A stretch of 64,000 nucleotides of DNA from the IMG/VR virus record IMGVR_UViG_2843291059_000004, positions 32,001-96,000 of that record; one strand, 5' to 3'. Numbering within the stretch: the stretch's first letter is position 1; every line of letters starts with the position of its first letter. Origin of the DNA: a virus. Lineage: Duplodnaviria > Caudoviricetes. The translations under genes were made by a program, and so were the position numbers. Shown one piece after another: positions 32,550-42,984 of the stretch. The notes under the pieces were generated by a model. The model did no database searches. It was not told the DNA's origin and worked only from the letters and a program-made list of their open reading frames with translations.

Positions 32550-32687
32550 GATATTTCACCTCTTTCATGGTATCTTGTTACGGCGTTTTGCCGTTGGTAG
32601 AGGTTACTTCTTCCCCTGTACCTCTAGTCGCCAGGCGTGTTATGTATTGCATTCTGGTATGTTTAGACTAACTTCTTAGGTTTGTTT

Positions 32688-33545
32688 TTAAGAGTTCTCA
32701 GAATCTGCCGCTTTTGCTGCCTTGTAAGTCTTTTCAGCATCAGCCAGCTTGATCTTCCATGTGTCAATAGTGTTCTTGACAGTATCAAGGACGCTCTTTT
32801 TTGCATCAAATTCTTTCTGAGCCTTGTCAAGATTGTTTTCATGGGTTTTCTTAGTAGATGCTTTGATAGTGCTGTCGCTCTTGTCTTTGACAATCTGCTC
32901 TTTTGCCTTATCCAGTTCAGACAGTGCCTTATCATACTCTGCCTGTGCTTTATCAAGCTGTGCCGTTGCCTTGTTGATACGGGAATTGCAACGCTTGCAA
33001 GCAAGGTTATAGTCCCGTTCATAGTCTTTCAGGAAAACGCTGTGTGCTGCTACGCTCAAAAGCATAGGTTCAAGAGCCTTGACGAAACGATTGATCGGAA
33101 GATTTGCCGGGGAAACGTCACCATCCATAGTGGTGGTAAGGTAAGTCTTTGCCATTGCAAGGACTTCTGTGCCAAAAGAGGGATACTCTTGCATAGAGAA
33201 CGTATCGCCAAAAACGATGATTGCGAGATCAGACAGGCAAGAATGGAAATCGGTGGTATAAACCTTGATGATGCTTTCGTCCTCTTTGTTGGTAGTGCTT
33301 GCGTTGACGTGGCAAGCGGAATTGTAAACGTACTTGATTGCGTTGCCGTATGCCGTATACTCTTTTTCGTCCATCAGCAGATAAGACGGTACTTTATCGG
33401 CTTTAGGGTATGCCTTGAGCGTATTAACACCGCCCTTGTTGGTAAAGCTAACAAGAGCCTTGCCGTTGCTTGCATAGCCCTTTGCGGTAGAAGTCTTGTT
33501 ATTAGAGCTACGGATGGACAGACAGACGTTAGACAGGTTAGACAT
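32688..33545 (-). CDS. Hypothetical protein with C-terminal coiled coil; first gene of left arm
   Basis: AAGGAG RBS, Ala/Lys-rich heptads. Confidence 0.75.
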   Translation of the reverse strand: MSNLSNVCLSIRSSNNKTSTAKGYASNGKALVSFTNKGGVNTLKAYPKADKVPSYLLMDEKEYTAYGNAIKYVYNSACHVNASTTNKEDESIIKVYTTDFHSCLSDLAIIVFGDTFSMQEYPSFGTEVLAMAKTYLTTTMDGDVSPANLPINRFVKALEPMLLSVAAHSVFLKDYERDYNLACKRCNSRINKATAQLDKAQAEYDKALSELDKAKEQIVKDKSDSTIKASTKKTHENNLDKAQKEFDAKKSVLDTVKNTIDTWKIKLADAEKTYKAAKAADSENS

Positions 33546-34232
33546 AGTATTATCTCCTTTGTTGTGCTATAATTGTGTGTATGATCGTACTTGCGACAAA
33601 CTACTGTCTGTCGTTGTGGTATAGTACGCTTTTCTTACAAGGTGCATACTAATGACCGTCCTTGTGCGCAATACTATGCCCTGCATAGTGTTCCCCGATC
33701 TTGCGCAATAACCGTTTGGATTTTGGTGAAGATCCCTGTACTTTGAAATCGTACAATCTCCCTGTAAAACTGTGCCAGAATAAACCTATGGCTATCTCCT
33801 AGGTGCTTGCCCCCGCCGTACAGAAGCTAGGCAAGTAGTGTTCTAATCCCCGCTTTACTCGTTAGAATGAGCGTATCTTTCTGATCCTCTTAGGTATAAT
33901 CTACCTAGGGACCAGTGAAAGACTTGTGTCTAAAACATCTTGTTTGCCAATATGCGCTTTTCTTGCTTTTGGTTATGCGTTTCCGCCCCTACCGCAAAGA
34001 TAGTGTTATCAAAATTCAAGGTACGATTTTTTGTGACTTGTCGCACCAAACCGACAAAACAAGTAAATGTTTGCCGATATGGTAGACTTCTAATCTTGAC
34101 TTTTGTTGCATGATTTTTCTTGTAATTAAACAAGAGTTAAACCAAACAGGCTAAAATCAGAAGTCTTGACTTGTCAATGTGCTATTGGGTTTTGGGTTTT
34201 GCTTTTGGGTTTTTGCCCTTGAGCTTGACTAG

Positions 34233-34407
34233 ATTGTATCACGGTTTAACCGTTCTGTCAAGCCCTATTTTTTGAACCGCTCAAGCGGTACAACGTCAAA
34301 AAGTAGAAACTGAACTTTTCCGGTGTTTCAGAACCATCATGTTTTCCGCTTTCCGGTGTTGCCCTTGAGCATGGCATTAGTATAACGGTTTCACCGTAGA
34401 AAGTCAA
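34233..34407 (-). promoter_or_regulatory. Tandem strong leftward SigA promoters with palindromic operators
   Basis: TTGACA-17-TACAAT (34233-34261) and TTGACT-17-TATACT (34379-34407); ACGGT-N3-ACCGT in both spacers. Confidence 0.7.
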
Positions 34408-35676
34408 GCGGTTTCACCGTAAATGTTGCGTACGCAACAAATGGATTTTTGCTTTATATTATAATTACCTTATAAGGGGAAATAGAATATATATCAAAAA
34501 ACATATATACGATATATAGAAAAGTATATAATGTTGCGTGTGCAACATTTGATATCATTTTGATATCGAACATAACGAAAATGCAACTAATTTGCAAATT
34601 CAATTCCCGGCAAAAATCAGCACTATAAACATACTGGGAAAATAGGAATAATTCCCGGCCTGAAAAGTTGCCTCAGATACCACAAAAACAGGTGCTTTAT
34701 TCAACTAAAGTAAATACCGCTTTTTGCACAAAAGCGAGATTCCATCCAATGGGGTATACTTTCCATTTTTTTGGGTATTCCAGGCAGCAGGCCGAAGCCC
34801 AGTACATCTTTCTTATTCATCCTCAAGAAATAACGATTTAATGACGATTTATCGTAATATTTTACGCATTATTATATCTTTAATTCCCAATAATCTCAAT
34901 AATTCCACCAATACTTCTCCTACTGGCAGCTAACACTACTCCCCTCCCTTTTAATCTGTCAATAAATAATTTCTTGACATTCTAAACCTACCCCGGTACA
35001 CTTTCCCCTGACGAAAACACTCCAAAATACACCACTATACCTTCTCCAACACATACCCACTAATTTATCAATTTCCATCTAAAATCCCCTAAAAATGGCT
35101 TAAAATCGCTATTTTTCAATCGGTAACTCATTCGGTAACTAGCTATAATTTAACGTACTTTCGTTATATTTTGGCTAGTTTTTCTTTTTATTTATACCTT
35201 TTTTCCCCTTATTTTGTTCCTTTCTGACTCAATAAAAGCCGAAAAGTCTAGGTTTCATGCGGGTTTTCCCGATGCGTACCCGAAATGTACCGAAAATGAC
35301 CATTCTTCGGAGCATAAAGTACCTATTTGTACTTATCTGTACTCCCCTATCATCACAAATGGACTGATCTGGCATCTGAATAGCACTCTCAGAGACTCTA
35401 AAGCCCTACAAAAAGCATGATTGTTGCCTCTGGTAGCTTACACAGAACACACAGAGCCTCTGGATATCTTTTATGGAGAATAATGTGCAATAACGACTTG
35501 AGCTAAGTATGCAGAGGGAACGTAGTGACCGTCAGCTTACTTAGCGATGGTCGCCGCTCATAGAGCGGGAGCGAGCTTGCGAGCCCTGTCTGGAAAGACC
35601 ACAGTAGATGAACTCCAAGAAACATACCTTATTATAATAGGTACTAGAAATATTTGTATCCTGTACTATGTAGCTA

Positions 35677-35705
35677 TTGAATTTTTGGCAGTCTCATGGT
35701 ATAAT
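35677..35705 (+). promoter_or_regulatory. Rightward SigA promoter flanked by two 21-bp boxes
   Basis: TTGAAT-17-TATAAT with extended -10; boxes at 35656-35676 and 35715-35735. Confidence 0.65.
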
Positions 35706-36017
35706 GAGTGTAGATAGCTATACAATACAGGATACGGAAAAGAGATGGTGCTAGAATGATTATGGTTGGCATTGATAGTAGTCCTCCCGGACAAGCCGCA
35801 AGCGGTCCCTGCCTATGGCAGGAAAATGTTATCGATGGTCAGCTACGGTCGCAAGCGACCTTTCGCAGACATCGCTAACATTTTTGAAGGAATTGGAATC
35901 TTGAAAGTATTCGTACTCGTACTGACAACTATGTATCTTCATACCTTATATATATACAGACTCGTCAGTACGAATATATTACAAAATAGTTACAAAATTA
36001 TATAAGTAGGAGGTTCT

Positions 36018-37187
36018 ATGGAGCAAAAAAAATATGGGGTCTCATCGGAAGTAGTCAGTAAATTAAAAGAAGGTCAGGTATTTTCAAATTTTTTAGAGTT
36101 ATCTAAATATCTTGATATCTTTAACAAGAACGGAAAACCACTTGAAGGTAATAGCCGGAAACATTTCTTGGACGAACTCAATCGGTTTGTTGAACTTCAG
36201 AAGAACGGAAAGCGCTTTGTTGTCATTAAGGTGCGTCAAAAGGATGAGATACTTCCACCATTGCAAACTAGAAACAAAGGAAAGTTTTCCCTGCGTCTAC
36301 AAAACCAGATTGCTTACCACCTACTTAGAGAATGTGATGGCAGTAGTTGGATGGAATTTTTTTGGACACCTGCCGCAATATTACGAGCATGTGGGATGAC
36401 AAACAAGAATTTTTATCAATATTCAGAAGATCTACATGGTGAGGATACCTTTTGGGCTGAGATAGTTGGTACACCATTGGAAAGTATTGCTCGTGAGCAA
36501 ATGGATGAGTTTAGAGAAAATTTAGCTGCAGATGCCGAGACGTTTCAGCATTGTACGAAATCTACAATGGTTGGGTACATTGAGTCTGCACTCAAATCTA
36601 TGGCAAAAAACAAGGAAATATTTTTTGAAGACTGTGCTGCCGTATTTATAAACCACAACCCAGAAGAGTATCACATTCCTTCTGAAGACCAAAAAGCAAT
36701 TTATATGAAGATGTATACGAATGTGCTTCATGAGTTTTACACGTCATCTGGGCGAGTGTGTCAGAGTGAACAAGACGTATTTTTGACCGGACGACTTCAT
36801 GAGTTCTATGAAGAGCTAGATAATAGATTCAAGGAAATTTTTACATACGACCTAGCACGACCAATGTATCATATTACAATTGAGCCGAACTCATTGAAGC
36901 GATCTGCTGCACGGACGGAATACAAATTGCAACAGCAAAGTTTCCACGAGATGAATGACGCTATGTGTGAGAATATTCCAACGCTTTCTACCGTCAGAAG
37001 AGGTAGAGCGGTGTTGGAAGAGAATCCAGAATATTATAACGATGCTTCTCAGCCGCCGTTTCGCTTTGTGCATAGACAGTTGAGTGATGAGGTTCTTCAG
37101 CTCTTTATAGATGGAATGATTCGTGTCCCTGCAAATTCTGGAATTCCTCGTGCTGGATTTAAATGGTATGGTTCTTATAAAAGGTAA
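36018..37187 (+). CDS. Hypothetical protein (possible DNA-binding/replication protein)
   Basis: AGGAGG RBS, 389 aa; function not recognised. Confidence 0.75.
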   Translation: MEQKKYGVSSEVVSKLKEGQVFSNFLELSKYLDIFNKNGKPLEGNSRKHFLDELNRFVELQKNGKRFVVIKVRQKDEILPPLQTRNKGKFSLRLQNQIAYHLLRECDGSSWMEFFWTPAAILRACGMTNKNFYQYSEDLHGEDTFWAEIVGTPLESIAREQMDEFRENLAADAETFQHCTKSTMVGYIESALKSMAKNKEIFFEDCAAVFINHNPEEYHIPSEDQKAIYMKMYTNVLHEFYTSSGRVCQSEQDVFLTGRLHEFYEELDNRFKEIFTYDLARPMYHITIEPNSLKRSAARTEYKLQQQSFHEMNDAMCENIPTLSTVRRGRAVLEENPEYYNDASQPPFRFVHRQLSDEVLQLFIDGMIRVPANSGIPRAGFKWYGSYKR

Positions 37188-37205
37188 GAAAGAAGGTTGA
37201 CGACA

Positions 37206-37466
37206 ATGAATTTTGATAACCCCTACTGGATTGATTTAAAGGTAACGTATGAGTATTACCAAGCTGCTGGCCGCTTACCAGAATTCCACAAGAAGCATGT
37301 CTGCACAAAATGCCAGTATGAGATTCCGTGCTTCACTACTTGTGATGAGGTGCGATGCAAGTGCCGAGAGTTTAAGCCTAAGACTGTGCGAAATGATGAT
37401 AAGTATCTACATATCAATGATTTTATGAACGATGTGGCCGCATTTGAGGCCACTAGAAATATTTAA
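37206..37466 (+). CDS. Cys-rich hypothetical protein
   Basis: CTKC..C..C..C.C; GAAGG RBS. Confidence 0.6.
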   Translation: MNFDNPYWIDLKVTYEYYQAAGRLPEFHKKHVCTKCQYEIPCFTTCDEVRCKCREFKPKTVRNDDKYLHINDFMNDVAAFEATRNI

Positions 37467-37480
37467 GGAGAATTACATAA

Positions 37481-38161
37481 ATGAGCTATCAAAAAGATCC
37501 TATTTTTCATGTAAGTATAAAAAGAGATCTTCCAATTTCTAAGATTGCAGAAAGATTCGGGTGGTCTGGTGCAAAGCTAAATAATATTCTTGTAGAGTAT
37601 GGTGTGATTTACAAAGACGAGAAAACGAACTCGTGGTATCTTTCTGACCAATATAAAGATAAGGGTTATGCTGTCCTTGAAAATGTTGTATGCAGAAGTG
37701 GTAGCATTGAAAAGAAATATCTCAAGTGGACGTATGAGGGTCGTAAGTTTATTTGTCAGCTATTGAAGGACGAATTTGAATTAGTGCCAGACACAAAAGA
37801 CGATAAAACGTATTACAAACAAGACCCATTTTCGCAAAAAATAGAGGATGCGGATGGTTGTATTACAATTTCTAGCTTCGCTCACATTTTGGAAGAGAAT
37901 AACATCCTGATAAACGGTAGTGCTCCGCATCGCAGCAATGTGTACAACGCTCTTCGCAATAATGGATTTCTTAATAATAAGCGAGGATTTTATTGGAATC
38001 TTCCATATCCAGAATTTGATTGTTTTGGATACTTTAAGATTTCTGAACTAATCAATCAAGACGGAAAAAAGAGATACTTTCCAAAACTTACACCAAAAGG
38101 ACAGGCGTTCTTTTTGAGATATTTTAAGAAGCTGATGGACGAGAATAAAAAGGAAGAATAA
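37481..38161 (+). CDS. KilA-C/ANT-type antirepressor with two tandem domains
   Basis: ISKIA..GWSGAKLNNIL...KWTYEGRKFI and ISSFAHIL...NLPY...KLTPKGQAFF. Confidence 0.7.
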   Translation: MSYQKDPIFHVSIKRDLPISKIAERFGWSGAKLNNILVEYGVIYKDEKTNSWYLSDQYKDKGYAVLENVVCRSGSIEKKYLKWTYEGRKFICQLLKDEFELVPDTKDDKTYYKQDPFSQKIEDADGCITISSFAHILEENNILINGSAPHRSNVYNALRNNGFLNNKRGFYWNLPYPEFDCFGYFKISELINQDGKKRYFPKLTPKGQAFFLRYFKKLMDENKKEE

Positions 38162-38175
38162 TTTTAGGAGGCACT

Positions 38176-38454
38176 ATGCGTATTCAGATTGGTAAATACA
38201 TTATTAAGAACTGCGACGAGCGGAATCTCGTTATTGTTGAGCAGCGGCCAGCCGGTAAGAACCCAAAGACTGGTGAGGTAGGCACTGGCACGAAGGAAGT
38301 TACGGTCGGCTATTATCCGAATCTTGAGTGGGTATTACATAAGATTAAGGACTTGATTATTTCCGAAAGTGATGCTGATACCGTGAATGTTTTGCTGGCA
38401 GAGCTTGAACAGATTGACGAGACAATTCGTTTGGTAGCTGAGGAGGTTAAGTGA
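38176..38454 (+). CDS. Hypothetical protein
   Basis: AGGAGG RBS; VGYYPNLE motif. Confidence 0.65.
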   Translation: MRIQIGKYIIKNCDERNLVIVEQRPAGKNPKTGEVGTGTKEVTVGYYPNLEWVLHKIKDLIISESDADTVNVLLAELEQIDETIRLVAEEVK

Positions 38455-38849
38455 TGGAGAAAGTTCTTTTACCTCGTGGGTATGGACGTTCATATGATGC
38501 TTGCAAATACGCAATTGAGCACGACTGTGATATTGTAGCACCAGATAGATCTGGTGTAATAGCTTTAGAATGTATTATCAAAGACATCTGTAAAAATTTC
38601 GATTCATTGGAAATAGACAGGATTACTTACTCTGATTATATTTATTCCGTAATCATAAATCACCACAAGTTCAATGGTGTGGTAGAAGTGATTGAAATTC
38701 GTCTATACGATATCTGTCAATATTTTGAACATGAAAAGATAGAACGTGGCCGAAGAAAAGATGTAGTATTTGATGATATTGATCGGTGTATGCAAGTCTT
38801 GTGTCCATATCGTAAAATCAGCATGGTTACAATGGAAGTTGAGGGATGA
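38451..38849 (+). CDS. Degenerate P-loop-like hypothetical protein
   Basis: LPRGYGRS and VVFDD motifs. Confidence 0.55.
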   Translation: MMEKVLLPRGYGRSYDACKYAIEHDCDIVAPDRSGVIALECIIKDICKNFDSLEIDRITYSDYIYSVIINHHKFNGVVEVIEIRLYDICQYFEHEKIERGRRKDVVFDDIDRCMQVLCPYRKISMVTMEVEG

Positions 38850-39114
38850 ATAATGCGTACTTACGAGGATGTTTATGCAGAAATCAAGCAGCTTGTGCGT
38901 GATATGAATAGCAACAGTCTGACACGCAGCGAGTATGAATCTGCTGAAGATTATTTGGATGAGCTCTATCAGGAGCGTGAACGACTTTGGCTCAAGGCTA
39001 TGGAAGATGGAGAGAGATGGTGAGAACTGCTATTTGTAAAAGCCTGCTTTTATATTTTCCCTTTAGCTATACATTACAGGATACATTCAAAAAGAACATG
39101 GAGGTGACTGCCGA

Positions 39115-41898
39115 ATGGCAAAGCAGCAAACTTGCCAAAAGTTTGTTTTTAAGATCCATACGAAGCGTCTGGTTGAAGCAAAATGGGATTTAACTCTACC
39201 ATTAGATGAAGCCAGACGAAATCACGAGATTATCTCGTTGGCTGATAGCACTGTTCTACGATGGATTGATGAGTTGAATGGTGTTACGGATGCAGAGGCT
39301 AAGGCACGGAGTATTAAGCGTAGAATTAAGATGTTACGGAATGAACCCTCTTGCTTAGAGAACCGCCGGGAAATTCGGAGATTATACACTGAGCTTGACA
39401 CAGTTCAGTTCAAACCGGATTATATGTGTCTGGTGGTAGACAAGAAGAATGATTACCGCCGGGCATGTTCTCCTAAAGGGTTCAAAATCAATGGAATTAC
39501 ATATCGTCGCTTGGTTGGAACCACTGGTGGTGTAAAGAATAGTACGATTGTGTTTGTGAGCGACCGTCTTATTGATGATATCCGCAAACGAATCGATAAT
39601 GGCCGTAACAAGGGAATGGAATTTGTGCCTGCAAAGTTAGAGGCTTATAGAGCCCTTGCTTGCTCTGCTTCTATTCCGGTCACTGACCCTGATGGTGTAC
39701 TTGTTATAGATGATTGCTATACGCGCTTTAAAGACCATGTTGTTGTTCTGGACGATGGAGTGTCTGGAGAACCTACGATAGTTGAAGATAAGGAACATGA
39801 TTGTGAGCTGTGTGCGAATGACGGTTTTGGACTCATCAGTTACGACCTTGCACAGCAGTGGAGTGAGGATCTGAAGCTCCCATCCACCGCGTCTGGCTTC
39901 TGCGTGCGGAATGCGTTCTGTAAAGGCATGTTATTTCCCTTCCCTTTCCGCGAGTTCGCTAAGAAGATAGCAAAACAGAATATGCTAAAAGACGCATGGG
40001 GAGATTATCGTGATATAAATAGGATTCAAGTAGTTCTTAGTACCTCTATGTTGAAGCTGTGGGATAGTTATCATAGTTGTGAGGACTATCTTGAAAACTG
40101 TAGAGAGAACCACTATCACTTCTCTGTAACCAAGACTTGTGAGTTGGAGCTTGATGAGGAGCGCAATCTGAATTATCAGTTTATCCAAAGCTATCAGCTT
40201 ACGAATGATGAGATTCGTGAGCTTGTAAAGCCGACTTTGGACGAAATCAAGGGCGTCATGGGCGGTGATTGGCGTGATGCGTTGCTGTATTTGCGTGGCA
40301 GTGGAATGCGTGATGACCCGAATTACATAAACAGTCTGGAAAACGACTATATTAAGGCTCTTATGATTGAGCCAGAAATGATTAACGACCCTTATGTGCA
40401 GAATCGGATTCGATACTTTATTAAAAAGCGAATCTCTCAGGCAAAAACTGGTGTTGTAAAGGTACGAGGGAATTTTCAAGTTGCGAGTGGCGATCCATAT
40501 GCGCTTTGCCAGTCTATGTTTCGGATGGAGGTAACCGGACTATTGAAGGCCGGTGAGGTTTACAGTCGTTTTTGGAATGATAGAGACGTCAAGAGGGTTG
40601 CTTGTTTTAGAGCTCCTATGAGTCAGATGGCAAATATTCGGTGCATGAATTTGAATGTATCTGATGATTGCCAATACTGGTATCGCTATATGAAGTCCGT
40701 GTTTATCACCAATGCGTGGGATAATATGTGTGCAGCGCTTAACGGTGAAGATTTCGATGCCGACCTTACATTTTCTACCGACAATAGAGTCCTCATTGAT
40801 AAATGGGTAAATGAGCCGGTCGTTCTTTGTGTTCAGCGTAAATGCGAGAAAAAAGTTCCGACCGAAAAGGATTTTATTGAATCTAATATCAGCGGATTTG
40901 GAGATAATATTGGACGTACAACAAACCGAATTACAACGATGTTTGATGTGCGAAGTAAATTTGAGCAAGGTAGTAAAGAGTACGATGAACTTACGTATCG
41001 CATTATCTGCGGACAGCTTTATCAACAGAACGCGATCGACAAAATAAAAGGCGTAGCTACGACAGATATGCCGCAATACTGGTATGACAATAAAGCTTGC
41101 GCCGTTAAAGATGATGATAATCCTGATACTATCGAGGATAAGAAGTTCTGGAGTAGTATTTGCGCATGGCGTAAGCCATACTTCATGAGCTACATCTACC
41201 CTGCTCAGATGCGTGATTACAAGCAGTATGTGGCCGCAGCTCGCAAGCGCATCAAGTGGGATGGGTTTGCCGGCCTGGATGAGATTATGCAAAAGACCGT
41301 CAAGGACGATGTGGATGAAATGGTTATCCAGTATTACCTCTATCGGATGCCGGTCGGAATCAATTCTTGTACCATGAATCGTTTATGCTGGACTGTCGAG
41401 GATGAATTAGAGGACTTTGAAGAAGAACTCAAGATAAAGCGTAAGTTTGATTATGACTCACTCAAGTCTGGCGTTGAGTACACCAATTCTCAATACTATG
41501 GTATCCGCTCTATTTTTAAGGATTACTTGAGGTTTGCTCGTGGCAACGCAATCCATTCTGGCAACGGAAACAATAATAAAGAAACCAGCGCAGACCGCAA
41601 GGAGCGAATTGCGCTATATCAGGAAAGTATGTTCCGTAATCTTCACGATAAATGTTCCAATGACGATGTGCTTTGCGATATTATGCTTGATCTTTGTAAG
41701 AAGAATGCATCCAGTATTGCAATCGTCTGGGAACTGTTTCATGATACTTTGATTAAACGCTTATTGGAACGCCATGACGGTATGGTGCATTCTCTTGTGC
41801 AGGACGAGAATGGCGACATTGAATATGATGGCAAGCGTTTCAAGGATGTGTTGATTAACATGAATAGCAAGGAGGATGCGGATGATTGTATTGAATGA
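39115..41898 (+). CDS. yonO: YonO-like single-subunit DNA-dependent RNA polymerase
   Basis: NDGFG, VRNAFCKG, FRAP and catalytic GEDFDAD (DxDxD), QNAIDKIKG; 927 aa upstream of late genes. Confidence 0.85.
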   Translation: MAKQQTCQKFVFKIHTKRLVEAKWDLTLPLDEARRNHEIISLADSTVLRWIDELNGVTDAEAKARSIKRRIKMLRNEPSCLENRREIRRLYTELDTVQFKPDYMCLVVDKKNDYRRACSPKGFKINGITYRRLVGTTGGVKNSTIVFVSDRLIDDIRKRIDNGRNKGMEFVPAKLEAYRALACSASIPVTDPDGVLVIDDCYTRFKDHVVVLDDGVSGEPTIVEDKEHDCELCANDGFGLISYDLAQQWSEDLKLPSTASGFCVRNAFCKGMLFPFPFREFAKKIAKQNMLKDAWGDYRDINRIQVVLSTSMLKLWDSYHSCEDYLENCRENHYHFSVTKTCELELDEERNLNYQFIQSYQLTNDEIRELVKPTLDEIKGVMGGDWRDALLYLRGSGMRDDPNYINSLENDYIKALMIEPEMINDPYVQNRIRYFIKKRISQAKTGVVKVRGNFQVASGDPYALCQSMFRMEVTGLLKAGEVYSRFWNDRDVKRVACFRAPMSQMANIRCMNLNVSDDCQYWYRYMKSVFITNAWDNMCAALNGEDFDADLTFSTDNRVLIDKWVNEPVVLCVQRKCEKKVPTEKDFIESNISGFGDNIGRTTNRITTMFDVRSKFEQGSKEYDELTYRIICGQLYQQNAIDKIKGVATTDMPQYWYDNKACAVKDDDNPDTIEDKKFWSSICAWRKPYFMSYIYPAQMRDYKQYVAAARKRIKWDGFAGLDEIMQKTVKDDVDEMVIQYYLYRMPVGINSCTMNRLCWTVEDELEDFEEELKIKRKFDYDSLKSGVEYTNSQYYGIRSIFKDYLRFARGNAIHSGNGNNNKETSADRKERIALYQESMFRNLHDKCSNDDVLCDIMLDLCKKNASSIAIVWELFHDTLIKRLLERHDGMVHSLVQDENGDIEYDGKRFKDVLINMNSKEDADDCIE

Positions 41899-42631
41899 AG
41901 TTCTTTACGCTGAAGAGTGGCTAGAAAAGGATGTACCTTGGAAAAGGGCGGGGCATGTTTTGCATTATGTTGCGAAGTACTATTTTTACAAAGGGTACTC
42001 AAAGGATGATGTAAGAGAAAAGCTCAACGAGTATATGTTGCGTCATTTTGAAGGGTACAACAAGGTTCTGGATAGAGAACTGATTGATAAAGCAATCGCT
42101 TCTGCTAAAGGCCGTCCTATGGTGGAACTTGATGGTGTGTGCATTACAAAAGCAGAGGTAGAGAAGATTCAAGCACTTGAGGGCAAGCAGATGCAACGCT
42201 TGATGTTTACGATGCTGTGTCTGGCAAAATATCATATTGCAGTTAATGAAAAATGCAACTACTGGATTACGGAAGATACGGCTGATATTTTCAGGATGGC
42301 AAACGTATCCGCGAATGAAAAAAAACAGAACGAGATGATTTGTGAGTTACATAATCTTGGCTTTATTGGGTTTGCCAGCTTGAAAAAGATTGACAACTTG
42401 AACATCCATGTTTTGATTGCGGAGCCGGATTCTCCTCATGAGATTTTCGTGGACGATTTTGAGAATGCTGGTATTCTGTGGAGCCAGTATTGTGGGAAAG
42501 AGTACATCAAGTGTGATTGTTGCGGAAAGATGGTTGCTCGCACCGGACGCAGACAAAAATACTGTCGTAAGTGCGCTAAAAACGTAAATATTGAGAAAAC
42601 CGTGCAAAATAGAAAAATGTTTGATTTATGA
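41876..42631 (+). CDS. Hypothetical protein with C-terminal Zn ribbon, coupled to RNAP
   Basis: CDCCGK...KYCRKC. Confidence 0.7.
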   Translation: MRMIVLNEVLYAEEWLEKDVPWKRAGHVLHYVAKYYFYKGYSKDDVREKLNEYMLRHFEGYNKVLDRELIDKAIASAKGRPMVELDGVCITKAEVEKIQALEGKQMQRLMFTMLCLAKYHIAVNEKCNYWITEDTADIFRMANVSANEKKQNEMICELHNLGFIGFASLKKIDNLNIHVLIAEPDSPHEIFVDDFENAGILWSQYCGKEYIKCDCCGKMVARTGRRQKYCRKCAKNVNIEKTVQNRKMFDL

Positions 42632-42779
42632 AATGCGAAAAAGCGCAATATTTTAACGTAGATACGTTATAATTTTACATATATAGAGTAAAACACAGTG
42701 CGGAAAGTTATGGTAGGGAGAGAGCGAGGATGCTTGTTTTCTTCCTACCTATTTTATTTTGAAAGGGTGTTTTACCTAA

Positions 42780-42958
42780 TGATTGAAATCACTAAGTCCG
42801 AAGCGAAGGCTGTGCGAAAGGTCTTCCCTCATGCTTGTATTGCAAAGACCCGTCACAAGCGGTATCTGGAAGAGTCCGCTCGATATCTTGAGCTGCTTCC
42901 TTTTAATATCGCCGCTGTCGAGATGCTAAAGCAGATGCAGCGTAACGCACGTTACTAA
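42780..42958 (+). CDS. Small hypothetical protein
   Basis: MIEITKSEA..; AAGGG RBS. Confidence 0.55.
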
Positions 42959-42984
42959 TCTTTGAAAGAACGAGGTATAGTAAT

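Larger units (their letters stand above)
923..39084. repeat. Dispersed 21-bp box TAGCTA-N5-TACAGGATAC, 9 copies
   Basis: 923-943(-), 5060-5080(-), 8426-8446(-), 9916-9936(+), 29223-29243(-), 29283-29303(+), 35656-35676(-), 35715-35735(+), 39064-39084(+); all intergenic. Confidence 0.85.

Noticed and set aside
34186-34215. Telomere-like GGGTTTT repeats
   Set aside because: Only ~3 imperfect units at the start of a predicted leader transcript; no end-related genes
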